DNA from: a bacterium
GTDB lineage: Bacteria > UBA8248
Direction of reading: 5' to 3'
NCBI GenBank assembly: GCA_963692865.2
Contig: OY843592.1
Span: forward strand, 640,001-704,000
DNA length: 64,000 nucleotides
Part shown: positions 8,545 to 18,428 of the stretch, one piece after another
Position numbering within the stretch: the stretch's first letter is position 1
How the letters are laid out: each line of letters begins with the position of its first letter
Translations under genes and position numbers: made by a program
The notes under the pieces: model-generated
The model's database searches: none
The model's input: the letters and a program-made list of their open reading frames with translations, nothing else
What the model was told of the DNA's origin: nothing

Positions 8545-9276
8545 CTAGACCGTGCCTTTCGGGGGAAGAACCACCATCGATTCCGTCCAAGCCTTTCGAG
8601 ACTGAGAAAGCAAAAACTCGATGGCTTCCGCCACCAGTTCAGGCGGGATCATCGCCTCGAAATCGAACTCCCCTGGAATGGATTCCCACATATCCGTCGC
8701 GCAGGCGCCAAGCCGGAGAACGGCAAGGCGTATCCCCCTGGGTCTCAACTCCTCCACCAGTGCTCTGGAGAGTCCCTCAAGACCGGCTTTCGCGGCGCAA
8801 TAAGCCGACGCGTCCGGAAAACCAGACACGGCGCTAATCGAAGAGATGTTGATGACATCGCCATTCGCCGCTTCAAGCATGGGACAAAGCGCCCGCGTCA
8901 GCATAAAAGGAGCGGTAAGACACACCGATACCGTCGCATTGAACTCATCCAGCGAGAGATTCTCGATATCCTTGAAAACACCCGAACCCGCGTTGTTTAT
9001 CAGCGCATCCACGCCCTCGAGTCTTTTTTCAGCCATCTCGCTGAGCGCTTCGACTTCATCGGCTCTCGTCACGTCACAACTGTGCGGAAAAATCTGCCCC
9101 ACGCAGCCTTTTGAATCAAAAGCCAGTCTCGCCAGGGCATCGATATCCCTCGCAACGGCGAGCACTTTCGCGCCCGCTTTTGCGAGGCGAAGCGCGCTCG
9201 CACGACCGATTCCTCGAGAAGCCCCAGTGAGAACGATTCGCCTTTTTTCCAGATTTCTCGGTTCACCGAACGCCAT
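8545..9276 (-). CDS. SDR oxidoreductase, possibly sepiapterin-reductase-like
   Basis: TGASRGIG, NNAG, YCAAK, TDMW. It overlaps the upstream PTPS gene. Confidence 0.85.
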   Translation of the reverse strand: MAFGEPRNLEKRRIVLTGASRGIGRASALRLAKAGAKVLAVARDIDALARLAFDSKGCVGQIFPHSCDVTRADEVEALSEMAEKRLEGVDALINNAGSGVFKDIENLSLDEFNATVSVCLTAPFMLTRALCPMLEAANGDVINISSISAVSGFPDASAYCAAKAGLEGLSRALVEELRPRGIRLAVLRLGACATDMWESIPGEFDFEAMIPPELVAEAIEFLLSQSRKAWTESMVVLPPKGTV

Positions 9277-9691
9277 CGGGGCTTTCTCCATAATAATCCA
9301 CGAAATTTCGCTCGTTTTCATACAGGCGAACACGAAAAAGAATCTCCGTGTCTATGTGCTCAACCAAACACTCCCAAATCGAAATCGCTATGTTCTCCGC
9401 CGTCGGGATCCGGCTTTTCATGAAACCCGCAGCGTCTTCATTCAAATTCTTGTGATCGAGCGCCTCTACGACTTCCCGCCTCATGAGCTTTTTCAGGTCA
9501 GCCAGATTATAAGCCATCCCCGTTTCAGGACTCACGGGGCTTCGCAGGGTTACTTCAAAAACATAATTGTGCCCATGGTAATGCGGATTGGCGCATTTTC
9601 CGTACACGGCCTCATTGCGCTCATCGCTCCAATCGGGTCGAAACAACCGATGCGCCGCGGAGAATTCTTCTTGCCTCGTTATTTCTATCAT
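9263..9691 (-). CDS. 6-pyruvoyl-tetrahydropterin synthase (PTPS-II type motif)
   Basis: FSAAHRL, GKCANPHYHGHNY (Cx5HGH), LDHKNLN, PTAENIA. Confidence 0.92.
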   Translation of the reverse strand: MIEITRQEEFSAAHRLFRPDWSDERNEAVYGKCANPHYHGHNYVFEVTLRSPVSPETGMAYNLADLKKLMRREVVEALDHKNLNEDAAGFMKSRIPTAENIAISIWECLVEHIDTEILFRVRLYENERNFVDYYGESPDGVR

Positions 9692-9704
9692 CCGCCTTTG
9701 AGTC

Positions 9705-10910
9705 CTAAGTTGAAATCGGGTCAATCACAGAAACATCCGTTTCTACCATATCCGCATATTTTAAGCCTGTGGCCGTATTAAACGTCACGATGCGCTCATC
9801 GCGCCCGATGTCGCCCCGCTCAACCAAAACATCCAGGGCCGCGATACAGGCCCCGCCTTCCGGACAAATGAGGATCCCTTCGGAAACCCCCACTTTTCCT
9901 TGCGCCTCGAACATCATCTCATCGGAAACGGCAATCGCCGTCCCCCCGCTTTCCCGGATCGCCTGGAGGCATAAAAAATCCGCCAGAACCTTCGGCGCGC
10001 GCAAGCCGGATACCACTGTCGTAGGATTCTCCCATAGGGACGAGACGTCGTCGCGGTTCTCGTACGCCCGCACAAGCGGGGCGCAGCCCTCGGCCTGAAC
10101 GCAAATCATGCGCGGCCTTTTCTCGCCTATCCATCCCAATGCCTCAAGCTCGCCAAAGGCGCGCCACATCGCCACCAACCCCGTCCCGCCGCCGGTCGGA
10201 TAAAGAATCACATCAGGAACATCGCCATTGAGTTGCTCGACGAGTTCATAGGCCATCGTTTTCTTGCCTTCGGCCCGATAGGGCTCCTTGAACGTGGACA
10301 GTTCGAACCAACCTTCTGTCGGCGCTCTTTGTGCTACGATTTCCGCGCAATGATGGATGTAGCCGCGAACGACAGTCACATCGGCCCCCGCCAGCGCGCA
10401 TTCCACCTTATGTACGCCAGGCGCTTCTTCCGGTACAAACACAGACGCCTCGATTCCCGCTCGAGAAGCGTAAGCCGCCGCCGCGCCGCCTGCGTTTCCG
10501 GCCGTGGGAATGGCGATTTTTTTTGCGCCCAGATGCCGCGCCATCGTGATGGCTACAGACAATCCTCTGGCCTTGAAACTCCCCGTCGGATTCAGGCCCT
10601 CATCTTTCACGAACAGATTCGAAAACCCCAAAGCCTCTCCGAGATGAGGCGCTCTCAACAAAGGCGTCATACCTTCGCCGAGTGTAACGATGGCGCTTTC
10701 ATCGGGGGCCGGGAGCATTTCATGATAGCGCCATATAGAATAAGCGCGACCCGCCATATTCCTGATGTCCAAAGTCCGCGCGGCGACTCCGGTGTCATAC
10801 CGCGCCAGCAACGGAGCACCACCGGGGCTGAGACTCATCAAGCCGCCGGGTTCGAATTGTTCTTCGGTTTTTGAACACTCTAGTCCTATGAATGCAGAGA
10901 AAGAATTCAT
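9705..10910 (-). CDS. thrC: Threonine synthase-like PLP enzyme
   Basis: TLGEGMTPL, NPTGSFKARG, TAGNAG, EGKKTM, PTGGGTG. Confidence 0.85.
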   Translation of the reverse strand: MNSFSAFIGLECSKTEEQFEPGGLMSLSPGGAPLLARYDTGVAARTLDIRNMAGRAYSIWRYHEMLPAPDESAIVTLGEGMTPLLRAPHLGEALGFSNLFVKDEGLNPTGSFKARGLSVAITMARHLGAKKIAIPTAGNAGGAAAAYASRAGIEASVFVPEEAPGVHKVECALAGADVTVVRGYIHHCAEIVAQRAPTEGWFELSTFKEPYRAEGKKTMAYELVEQLNGDVPDVILYPTGGGTGLVAMWRAFGELEALGWIGEKRPRMICVQAEGCAPLVRAYENRDDVSSLWENPTTVVSGLRAPKVLADFLCLQAIRESGGTAIAVSDEMMFEAQGKVGVSEGILICPEGGACIAALDVLVERGDIGRDERIVTFNTATGLKYADMVETDVSVIDPIST

Positions 10911-11031
10911 CTTGGAGTCTCATGTTTGAAGTTTTCGTTCTCGATATTGTTGCATCAAAAACACTTTGCTACCTTTTCATTGATTCCCATAACGATATCG
11001 TCATCATCGCTGCCCCCGCAAGGAGAAACCA

Positions 11032-11910
11032 ATGGCACGCAAAGTTAAGGCATTGCCGGGCCCGGCAAAAACCCAAGGATTCGTTGAAATCGCAGAGGGC
11101 GTACATATTTTCATTGGCGGAGACGGCAACACGAATTTCGGCCTTGTTCTTACAGACGAAAAACCCGTCATCGTTGATAACGACATCCGGATACGAAAAG
11201 CCTTTGTATCCGGAATGAAAGAAATCACTCGAAAATCGCCCGGGCTGGTGCTTAATACCCACCACAATTTCGACCACACCTCCGATAACGGTTATTACCA
11301 CAAACGAGGAGCCGTTTCCGTTGGTGAGGAAAACGTGCGCTTGGAGATGGAACGCGAAGAGAACGAGGGCATTTGGGTGAAGCAAATGGCAGGCAGGCCG
11401 CAAAAAGTGGAACACTTGATCGGCAAACTCCACATCGCACCACCCATGGTGACGTTCGGGGGCGAAATTTCCGTCCGTTACGGCGGGCGATTGTTCGAGA
11501 TGGTTCATGTTGGTCATTGTCACACAAAAGGAGACACCGTTGTCTGGATGCCGGAGGAGAGAGTTCTCTTCACGGGGGATCTGCTCGACTATCGGACTCA
11601 CCCGGTGGCAAGGCTAGGGAATTTCGGTAACTGGATAGATGCGATTCCAAAATTAAAGAAACTCCCCGCCAAGTTCCTCGTCCCCGGTCATGGGCCCATT
11701 CCCACTCAGCCCGCCTCAAAAGTATGGGATGAGTTCAGAGGCTACATGACGAAATTGCGCTCGCGCACCGCCGCTGCCCTGAAAAAACATCGGACTCTCG
11801 CAAAAGCGATTCCGAGCGTTCACATGGCTGAATACCGCAATTGGTTTAGAGCAAACCTCGTTCCACAAAACGCGACGTTAATGGCAAAGGAATTAAGAAA
11901 AAGAAGGTGA
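11032..11910 (+). CDS. MBL-fold metallo-hydrolase (cyclase-like)
   Basis: THHNFDH, HTKGD, LFTGDL, VPGHG. Confidence 0.85.
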   Translation: MARKVKALPGPAKTQGFVEIAEGVHIFIGGDGNTNFGLVLTDEKPVIVDNDIRIRKAFVSGMKEITRKSPGLVLNTHHNFDHTSDNGYYHKRGAVSVGEENVRLEMEREENEGIWVKQMAGRPQKVEHLIGKLHIAPPMVTFGGEISVRYGGRLFEMVHVGHCHTKGDTVVWMPEERVLFTGDLLDYRTHPVARLGNFGNWIDAIPKLKKLPAKFLVPGHGPIPTQPASKVWDEFRGYMTKLRSRTAAALKKHRTLAKAIPSVHMAEYRNWFRANLVPQNATLMAKELRKRR

Positions 11911-11915
11911 GAACT

Positions 11916-12545
11916 TCACGCCCACTCCGTTGGCGGTGCTTCTCCCCGGAAATATCCAGGGGGAACATCCCCTCGGACGCGACGGGCAATCAAACGCTTT
12001 CTCGTCAAAGAAAAACGGCTTTCCACTTCGGCCGACGAAGACCACGGCTCTTCAGACTGAAAACCGCCCACCCGAATTTCTCCTTCCACAATCAAGACGC
12101 CATCCTCCACCTTGGGAGTATTTCTCACTACGCCTGATTTTTCATCCCAAAACTGCACGGCCCCATCGTTTGCATCGAAAGCATAGACAGCGCCTTCTCG
12201 TTTCCAGTCTACGGCTGCAAAAGGACCTCCCTTTTCTTCTCTCTTCATCGCTACCCTGCTCGTGCCTACGATATACAAATCCCCCCAGATGAGAGGGGGC
12301 GCTATCACCCAACCAGCCGTGTTCTCCACCCGCCAACGGAAATTGCCGCTCTCGCGATCGACTGCAAAAAAATGCCCCTTTTCCTGATCGTTCAGAACGG
12401 CGAAAATTCCCTTTTCATCCGAAGCATACAACGAAGTATGCACTCCAAGGCGTTCAAGAAGCTCGTCGGGTGGAATCGTCACAGAATCTACCTCTTCATC
12501 CGCGATCATCGTTACAAACCGAACATAAACATTCAGCCATAGCAT
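11916..12545 (-). CDS. PQQ-type beta-propeller repeat protein
   Basis: FAVDRESGNFRW and YAFDANDGAVQF repeats. Confidence 0.65.
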   Translation of the reverse strand: MLWLNVYVRFVTMIADEEVDSVTIPPDELLERLGVHTSLYASDEKGIFAVLNDQEKGHFFAVDRESGNFRWRVENTAGWVIAPPLIWGDLYIVGTSRVAMKREEKGGPFAAVDWKREGAVYAFDANDGAVQFWDEKSGVVRNTPKVEDGVLIVEGEIRVGGFQSEEPWSSSAEVESRFSLTRKRLIARRVRGDVPPGYFRGEAPPTEWA

Positions 12546-12696
12546 ACCCTATATAGAAAATGCCTTTCATCTCTTTCCCGCCAAGCGGGATGGAGCAGCG
12601 CGCTGTTCATCAAGCTCGTGCGTTATGATTATTTTTGATAAAATTGGTGGAACAAGCATTGTTAAAAATGGATGTTCTAGAAAAAGGAGATTTCAC

Positions 12697-13269
12697 ATGG
12701 CCGTCGTCACCATTTCACGCCAATACGGGACCGGTGGAATTTTCATTGCGCGCAAGCTTGCGGACAAATTGAACCATGCGTTTCTGGGACGCGATGAACT
12801 CGTCGAAGTTTGCGAACAACGCGGCCTGACCCTGGACTTAGAGAAAATAGAAGGGCGCGCTCCAACAATCCTGGAGCGTACTTTCGGCGTGAGGCGCGAC
12901 AGCTTGCGAGGCGTTTTGGCTGAATGCATGAACGAAGCGGCGGATAAAGGAAACGTCGTTATCGGCGGGTGGGGAGGTCAAGTGCTTTTGAAGGATCGAC
13001 CCGATGCCCTTCATCTTCGAATCGTCGGCAGCATGGAAGCCCGCATCCGACATTTCATGGAATCCTCAGGCGTAACCAGAACGGCCGCAGAAGAAACCAT
13101 CAAGAGATCCGACCGGGATCAAGGTTTGTTTTCCCAATACTTTTTCAATGTCGATTTCGCCGACTCAACTCTCTATCACGGCACATTTAACATCGAACAA
13201 ACCTCGTCCGAAAGCATGATTTCTTTTATCGAATCGATGATTGCAGAAAAAGAAAGAACGGCTTCATGA
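12697..13269 (+). CDS. Cytidylate kinase-like family protein
   Basis: VTISRQYGTGG N-terminus, VVIGGWG, SDRD. RBS AAGGAG present. Confidence 0.88.
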   Translation: MAVVTISRQYGTGGIFIARKLADKLNHAFLGRDELVEVCEQRGLTLDLEKIEGRAPTILERTFGVRRDSLRGVLAECMNEAADKGNVVIGGWGGQVLLKDRPDALHLRIVGSMEARIRHFMESSGVTRTAAEETIKRSDRDQGLFSQYFFNVDFADSTLYHGTFNIEQTSSESMISFIESMIAEKERTAS

Positions 13270-13419
13270 ACAGAAACCAAAACCCGATTTCCATATCATA
13301 TTCTATCCGGTAGGTTTTGAACTTCTATGTCTCCCAAAATACCTCCACGGAAAGGTATATTCACCTCCATCCAACCAGAAGAGAGGCGGCGCCGGCTTCG
13401 TAAAAACTGCCATGAAAAA

Positions 13420-14655
13420 TCATCCTTTTCTTCTCTTTGCTTGCGAGGACGCCGCCGCCACTGCAATAAGCGATAACATCTGAACAACCAAAACCAGAAT
13501 AAACGCCCAGTAATAGCTTTCCCACAAGTCAAAAATATATCCCGCGACCCAAGGCCCGACGGCCGAGGCCAGTCCCCCTCCCGTTTGGCTGAAACCCAGG
13601 ATTCGGCCAAAACTCTTGCCGGCGAAAATATCCGCCTTGATCGATACGAAAATCGCGCCCCGGGCCCCGGCACCAATGCCGTACACCAAAACATAGGTAT
13701 ATCCCAGCCAAGCACGCTGCTCAGATAAATTCATCAACAGAAAAACACCCGACATGGCAACCAAGCTGAGCAGATAAAAAGTTCGGGTTCGGCCAATTTT
13801 GTCTCCTGCCCATCCGCCCAAAATACCTCCCAAGGCTCTGACTACGGCCAGACCTCCTATCAGAGAGGCGGCTTTCATGGTGCTCATTCCCACATCAACC
13901 ATGTGAGCGGCCTGGTGCACACCGACCACGCTGAAACCAACGCCATTAAATATCCCCGCCAGAAACAACAGCCAAAAAACAGAATCGGACAGGGCTTCTT
14001 TCAAGGTCCAGCTCGATCCGATGTCGTCTCCTGCTTTTCTTTCCGTTATGTCGGCGCGGCTGCGATGTAAAAACACATTCAAGGGAACCAACAAAACGAT
14101 GATGCCAATCCCCAGCAAAACATACGCCGCGCGCCATCCGAAAACTGCGATTAGAAAAGCGGAAAACGGAACCATGACGATGCCGCCGCAACTCCTCCCC
14201 GATAACGATATCCCCATCGCCACGGAGCGGCGTTGTGTAAACCATTGACTAACAACAGTACTCGTAGGAATAAACCCAAACATGGTAACGCCTAGTGCAA
14301 CGACGCCTCCATAGAAGAAATACAAGGTGGGCAAACTGGAAACCTGTGACATCAATGCAAGACCGACGCCTAGAATCGTGATGCCCGTAGGAATGATTAC
14401 TCTCGGACCCCACCGGTCTACCATAGCCCCGATAAAGCCGGCGGAAATCGCAAACGTGGCCATCGAGAAAGAAAACGCCAGGGCGGTGTCCGCCCTGGAC
14501 CACCCGAATTCACTGAGAAACGCCACGTAAAAAACGGGAAACGTTCCAACAATGGAGCCACCGACAGCCATGGTGAAAAAGGTGAGGCCCACTATCGCCC
14601 AGCCAAAATAGCGGCTTGAATTCTCACTCGCTTTTTCTGAAAAATAGAAGTTCAT
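13420..14655 (-). CDS. MFS transporter
   Basis: About 12 hydrophobic segments, with GAMVDRWGPR and GWAGDKIGR motifs. Confidence 0.92.
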   Translation of the reverse strand: MNFYFSEKASENSSRYFGWAIVGLTFFTMAVGGSIVGTFPVFYVAFLSEFGWSRADTALAFSFSMATFAISAGFIGAMVDRWGPRVIIPTGITILGVGLALMSQVSSLPTLYFFYGGVVALGVTMFGFIPTSTVVSQWFTQRRSVAMGISLSGRSCGGIVMVPFSAFLIAVFGWRAAYVLLGIGIIVLLVPLNVFLHRSRADITERKAGDDIGSSWTLKEALSDSVFWLLFLAGIFNGVGFSVVGVHQAAHMVDVGMSTMKAASLIGGLAVVRALGGILGGWAGDKIGRTRTFYLLSLVAMSGVFLLMNLSEQRAWLGYTYVLVYGIGAGARGAIFVSIKADIFAGKSFGRILGFSQTGGGLASAVGPWVAGYIFDLWESYYWAFILVLVVQMLSLIAVAAASSQAKRRKG

Positions 14656-14674
14656 TTCGCTGAATCCGCGACAG

Positions 14675-14707
14675 AAAAAATACAGGCGCCCCACCAAAGA
14701 GGCGCCT
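14675..14707 (-). terminator. Probable intrinsic terminator downstream of dnaN
   Basis: The minus strand reads AGGCGCC-TCTTTGGTGG-GGCGCCT followed by GTATTTTTT. Confidence 0.6.
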
Positions 14708-14789
14708 AAGAAATCATGGTTCCCCAAAATTTTCGTTTTGGGAAAACCTGCTACATAAAATGAAGCCCTTGGGCAAGCAAAATGGAGGA

Positions 14790-15947
14790 TCAGACACGCA
14801 TCGGCATTACAACATACGTATAACCATCCGAGTCCTCGGGAGAGAGCACTCCAGGGCTCAGCGAATCCTTTAACTCCATGCTGATTTGCTCTTCATCCAA
14901 TATGGAGAGCGCATCCAGACAATACCTTGAATTAAACCCAATCGTGATGTCAGTCTGCGCGCTCGATTCTATGATTTCCTCGGCTTCTCCTGCCTCCGAG
15001 CCGTTCGTTGTCAACCTCAACTGGCCCGGAGTGAACTCAAACTTCACCATGCGTGTTTCATTAGTAAAAAGGGAAACCCGCCTGAGCGCCTGCGTTAGAC
15101 TTTCTCGGTTTATCAAAATGGAATGCTCATTGTTATCTGGAATCACCTGCCTGTATTTCGGAAATTCACCATCTATCAACCGGGCCGATAAAGCAATGTT
15201 TTCCATTTGAAAAATGATGTGGTTTGGCGTGAGAGAGGCAGCCGCTTCTTCTCCTGAAAGAGACAAACCCTGCCCGCTCGGGACATGGGTAAGAGAAATA
15301 GATACGTCACCCTCGACCCCCTGCAAGAGCTTTACGAGTTCTCCCAAAGCTTTTTTGTGAACAATTACCCCTTCGTCAAGTACCAACCCTTCGCTCGGCC
15401 GCTCGATCATCGCCAACCGGTGGCCATCCGTAGCGACAAGACGCAGGGTATCGGCTTCGGTTTCCATGAAAACGCCATTGTAGGTATAGCGCGTTTCATC
15501 CTGAGATATCGCAAACATCGTCTTTCGAATCATTTCCGATAAAACCGAGGCGGAAATCGTATGCGCTTTTGATTCTTTCGATTCAGGAAGCGCGGGAAAC
15601 TCTGAAGGCGGCAGCCCCGGAAAACGGAATTTCGAGCGCTCGCAACGCATTTCAATCCATTGTCCATCTTCTTCTGCAAAGTGAACCTCCGCCTCGGGAA
15701 GCTCTCGAACAATGTCAAACAATTTCCTTGCATTCAGCGTAACTTGGCCCGCTTTTTCTACTTCGGCCTCGAACATTCCCCGCATACTGATATCAAGATT
15801 CGTGCCCAACAAGCGTATGTTCTTGTTGCCTTCGGTCTCGACAAGCACATTTTGCAATATTGGCATTGCGCTGCTTCTGTTTTCGACGACACCTTGTATC
15901 GTTTGAAGGGCTCTGAGCAACGTATCCCTTGAAATGGCTAACTCCAC
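14790..15947 (-). CDS. dnaN: DNA polymerase III beta clamp
   Basis: MPILQNVL, FPALP, DETRY..NGV, VATDGHRL, RLIDGEFPKY, GFNSRY, VVMPMRV. Confidence 0.97.
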   Translation of the reverse strand: MELAISRDTLLRALQTIQGVVENRSSAMPILQNVLVETEGNKNIRLLGTNLDISMRGMFEAEVEKAGQVTLNARKLFDIVRELPEAEVHFAEEDGQWIEMRCERSKFRFPGLPPSEFPALPESKESKAHTISASVLSEMIRKTMFAISQDETRYTYNGVFMETEADTLRLVATDGHRLAMIERPSEGLVLDEGVIVHKKALGELVKLLQGVEGDVSISLTHVPSGQGLSLSGEEAAASLTPNHIIFQMENIALSARLIDGEFPKYRQVIPDNNEHSILINRESLTQALRRVSLFTNETRMVKFEFTPGQLRLTTNGSEAGEAEEIIESSAQTDITIGFNSRYCLDALSILDEEQISMELKDSLSPGVLSPEDSDGYTYVVMPMRV

Positions 15948-16009
15948 GGTACCGACTCCTTGTAATGGAACAGGGTTTTACAAATCATTGATCAGCATCA
16001 ACTCGAGTG

Positions 16010-16085
16010 CTGGTTCGATAATAACAATTATAAGGTCTCTTGGGCATAAGTTTCATATAAACCAAAGATGGACACAGGGCAAGGG
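16010..16085 (-). other. Possible degenerate oriC unwinding element (DnaA-box-like 9-mer followed by TTA trios)
   Basis: The minus strand reads TTATGCCCA-AGAGACC-TTATAATTGTTATTATCG just upstream of dnaN. No perfect TTATCCACA box was seen. Confidence 0.3.
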
Positions 16086-16320
16086 GACGGATTTCTTGAA
16101 AAAACTTTTTGTCGCTCGATGAAACTTGATTCCATGAATTTCGGACACAAAACGTCATTTCACCAATAGACCTCCGGGAAGAGGAGAGATGCAGAAAACA
16201 GTGCCATGAGAGTCAAGTCACGAAAAGAAAAAGGGAAGGGCGCAATTCTTGAATCATTTATTTGAAATGGTAAGATGATCGCCTTGTTAATGCGAAGGTT
16301 CTCCAACCCATCTTTTTGTC

Positions 16321-17073
16321 ATGAATAAACCGACTTCCCAGCGTTCTATACTGCACGTTTACGCACATCCGGATGATGAATCCTTTGGAAACCCTGCCAC
16401 ATTCGCGTTCTACGCAAACCAGGGTGTGCGAATGGGTCTCCTTACCCTCACACGAGGAGAAGCCGGTCTCACAAACGACGTATGTCAGCCCGATGAATTA
16501 GGCGATGTCCGGGAAAAAGAGTTGGAAAACGCCTGCCGTGTGCTTGGCATCGAAGATATGACGCTCTGGAATTACCCGGATGGCGGACTGAAATCTATTG
16601 ATGACTCGGAAATCCTGTCCCGTATCGAAGGGTTTATCCGAAACTTTTCTCCCGACGTGGTCGTGACGTATGGAGAAGACGGCGTTACCGGCCATCCCGA
16701 CCACATCACTGTTGGCGGCTGGGCCACGAAGACCTTCCATCGGCTTGTGAGGAAATATCCAAAAACTGCTCCCAAGCGCCTGTACCATCGAATATCACCT
16801 GTGAAAAGACGCGCTTTATACAATCGCTCCGACCTCGTATATCGGGACGATTACACAACCATTGTCGATGGGAGAAACTTTCCGAATGCGAGGTTAACAG
16901 CGCATGCATGCCACCGCTCCCAAAAACAAGCCACGGATTACACGCAACCAAGAGTGTTCGAGGCAGGGCTGGTGGATTATTATGTCAGGCAGTACCCCGT
17001 TTGGTGCGATGGTCCGCTCGAGGCCGATCTGTTCGGGGATTCTTACCATGCCGATGAAACCGAATTGCCCTGA
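16321..17073 (+). CDS. PIG-L/LmbE family deacetylase
   Basis: AHPDDES, TRGEAG, GHPDH, HRSQ. Confidence 0.92.
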   Translation: MNKPTSQRSILHVYAHPDDESFGNPATFAFYANQGVRMGLLTLTRGEAGLTNDVCQPDELGDVREKELENACRVLGIEDMTLWNYPDGGLKSIDDSEILSRIEGFIRNFSPDVVVTYGEDGVTGHPDHITVGGWATKTFHRLVRKYPKTAPKRLYHRISPVKRRALYNRSDLVYRDDYTTIVDGRNFPNARLTAHACHRSQKQATDYTQPRVFEAGLVDYYVRQYPVWCDGPLEADLFGDSYHADETELP

Positions 17074-17074
17074 A

Positions 17075-17719
17075 TTACACCACCCTTCCATACGCTAACC
17101 GCACATTTCTCACTGAAAGAGAACTTGCCCATTCCGGTATGTGCGTGCTCACGACCAAAGTGATTCCTGAGGCAGCTAACTCTTTGATTATTTCGACAAT
17201 AAGTTTGCTGTTTTCCTCATCCAAATGAGAAATGGGCTCATCCAGGAGAAGGGTTTCCGCTCCTGCCGCTAACGCCCTGGCAAGGGCTACGCGCTTCTTC
17301 TCCCCCCCGGAGAGTTTTGCAGCATCTCTGTGAATCAAACCTTCACATCGCGTTTTGAGAATTGCTTCTTCAGCCTTTTCTTTCGCTTGCAACATGCTCA
17401 TCCCGCGCGCACGGAGCCCATAAGAAACATTCAGCAACACGTTTCCCCGAAAAAGATACGGCTCCTGGGCAAGGAGGGTGACCCTTCTTCTGTGTTCGAG
17501 TCCTGCTTTGCCGAAACTGATGTGCTCACTCTTATATTGGATGATGCCATCCTCAGGCATGAGCAAACCCGCCATCACTCGCAAGAGCGTGGTTTTCCCG
17601 GAACCATTTGCTCCTGTAAGCAGCACCACCTCTCCAGACGAAACCATCACCTTCTCGATATCCAGAACCAATTCGGCCTCATATCGAAATTTCACGCTTT
17701 CCAGAAAAAACACTTCCAT
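17075..17719 (-). CDS. tupC: ABC transporter ATPase (tungstate, TupC-like)
   Basis: GANGSGKT, LSGGE, LLLDEP. It follows tupAB. Confidence 0.85.
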   Translation of the reverse strand: MEVFFLESVKFRYEAELVLDIEKVMVSSGEVVLLTGANGSGKTTLLRVMAGLLMPEDGIIQYKSEHISFGKAGLEHRRRVTLLAQEPYLFRGNVLLNVSYGLRARGMSMLQAKEKAEEAILKTRCEGLIHRDAAKLSGGEKKRVALARALAAGAETLLLDEPISHLDEENSKLIVEIIKELAASGITLVVSTHIPEWASSLSVRNVRLAYGRVV

Positions 17720-17720
17720 A

Positions 17721-18407
17721 TCAAGACCTTTGAATGTAGCGAGAAAGTAAATTTGTCACGAAAATAATCGCCAAGAGCACAACGCCCAATGCGATTCCGA
17801 AACCGAATTCTCCCTTCATGCTTTCAAGCGCAATGGCTGTGGTCAAGGTTCGTGTATACCCTTCAATATTCCCTCCGAGCATCATGGCGATTCCCACTTC
17901 CGAGGATACGCGGCCGAATGCCGCCAACACTGCGGCCATCATCCCGAAGCGGGCTTCGCGCAGCACCGTCCATGCCACAAGCCCATTCGACGCGCCCAAA
18001 GTAAGAGCCGTTTCACGCACCCTTTCATCAACGGATGCGACAGACGTCATGGAGAATACCGCAACGAGCGGAATCGCCAGGACAACCAATCCAACAACAA
18101 TAGCCGAAGGAGTAAACAACAAGTCGGCGAATCCCAAAGGACCTCGCCTGGAGAGAAAACCATATGCGAGCAACCCGATAACGACGGTCGGTAAACCCAG
18201 TGATGTCTGGAGCAGCGTAATAGAGAACCCGCGCCCTCTAAAGCGACCCATTGCCAGCAAGAAACCAATCGGCAATCCGATGAGAGACGCCAGAATTGTT
18301 GCCCAAAAACCTACTTTGACGGTCACCCAGGCGGCGAGCATTACCTGAGGGTCAGCCCTGAGCACCCGCATCAGTCCATCGGCAAACCCATCAAGCAAGT
18401 ATTCCAA
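17721..18407 (-). CDS. tupB: Tungstate ABC transporter permease
   Basis: LPTVVIGL..LSRRGPLG, FGRVSSEVG..MMLGGNIEGYTRTLTTAI. Confidence 0.92.
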   Translation of the reverse strand: MEYLLDGFADGLMRVLRADPQVMLAAWVTVKVGFWATILASLIGLPIGFLLAMGRFRGRGFSITLLQTSLGLPTVVIGLLAYGFLSRRGPLGFADLLFTPSAIVVGLVVLAIPLVAVFSMTSVASVDERVRETALTLGASNGLVAWTVLREARFGMMAAVLAAFGRVSSEVGIAMMLGGNIEGYTRTLTTAIALESMKGEFGFGIALGVVLLAIIFVTNLLSRYIQRS

Positions 18408-18428
18408 AACGCCTATCCTCCAAGCCTA

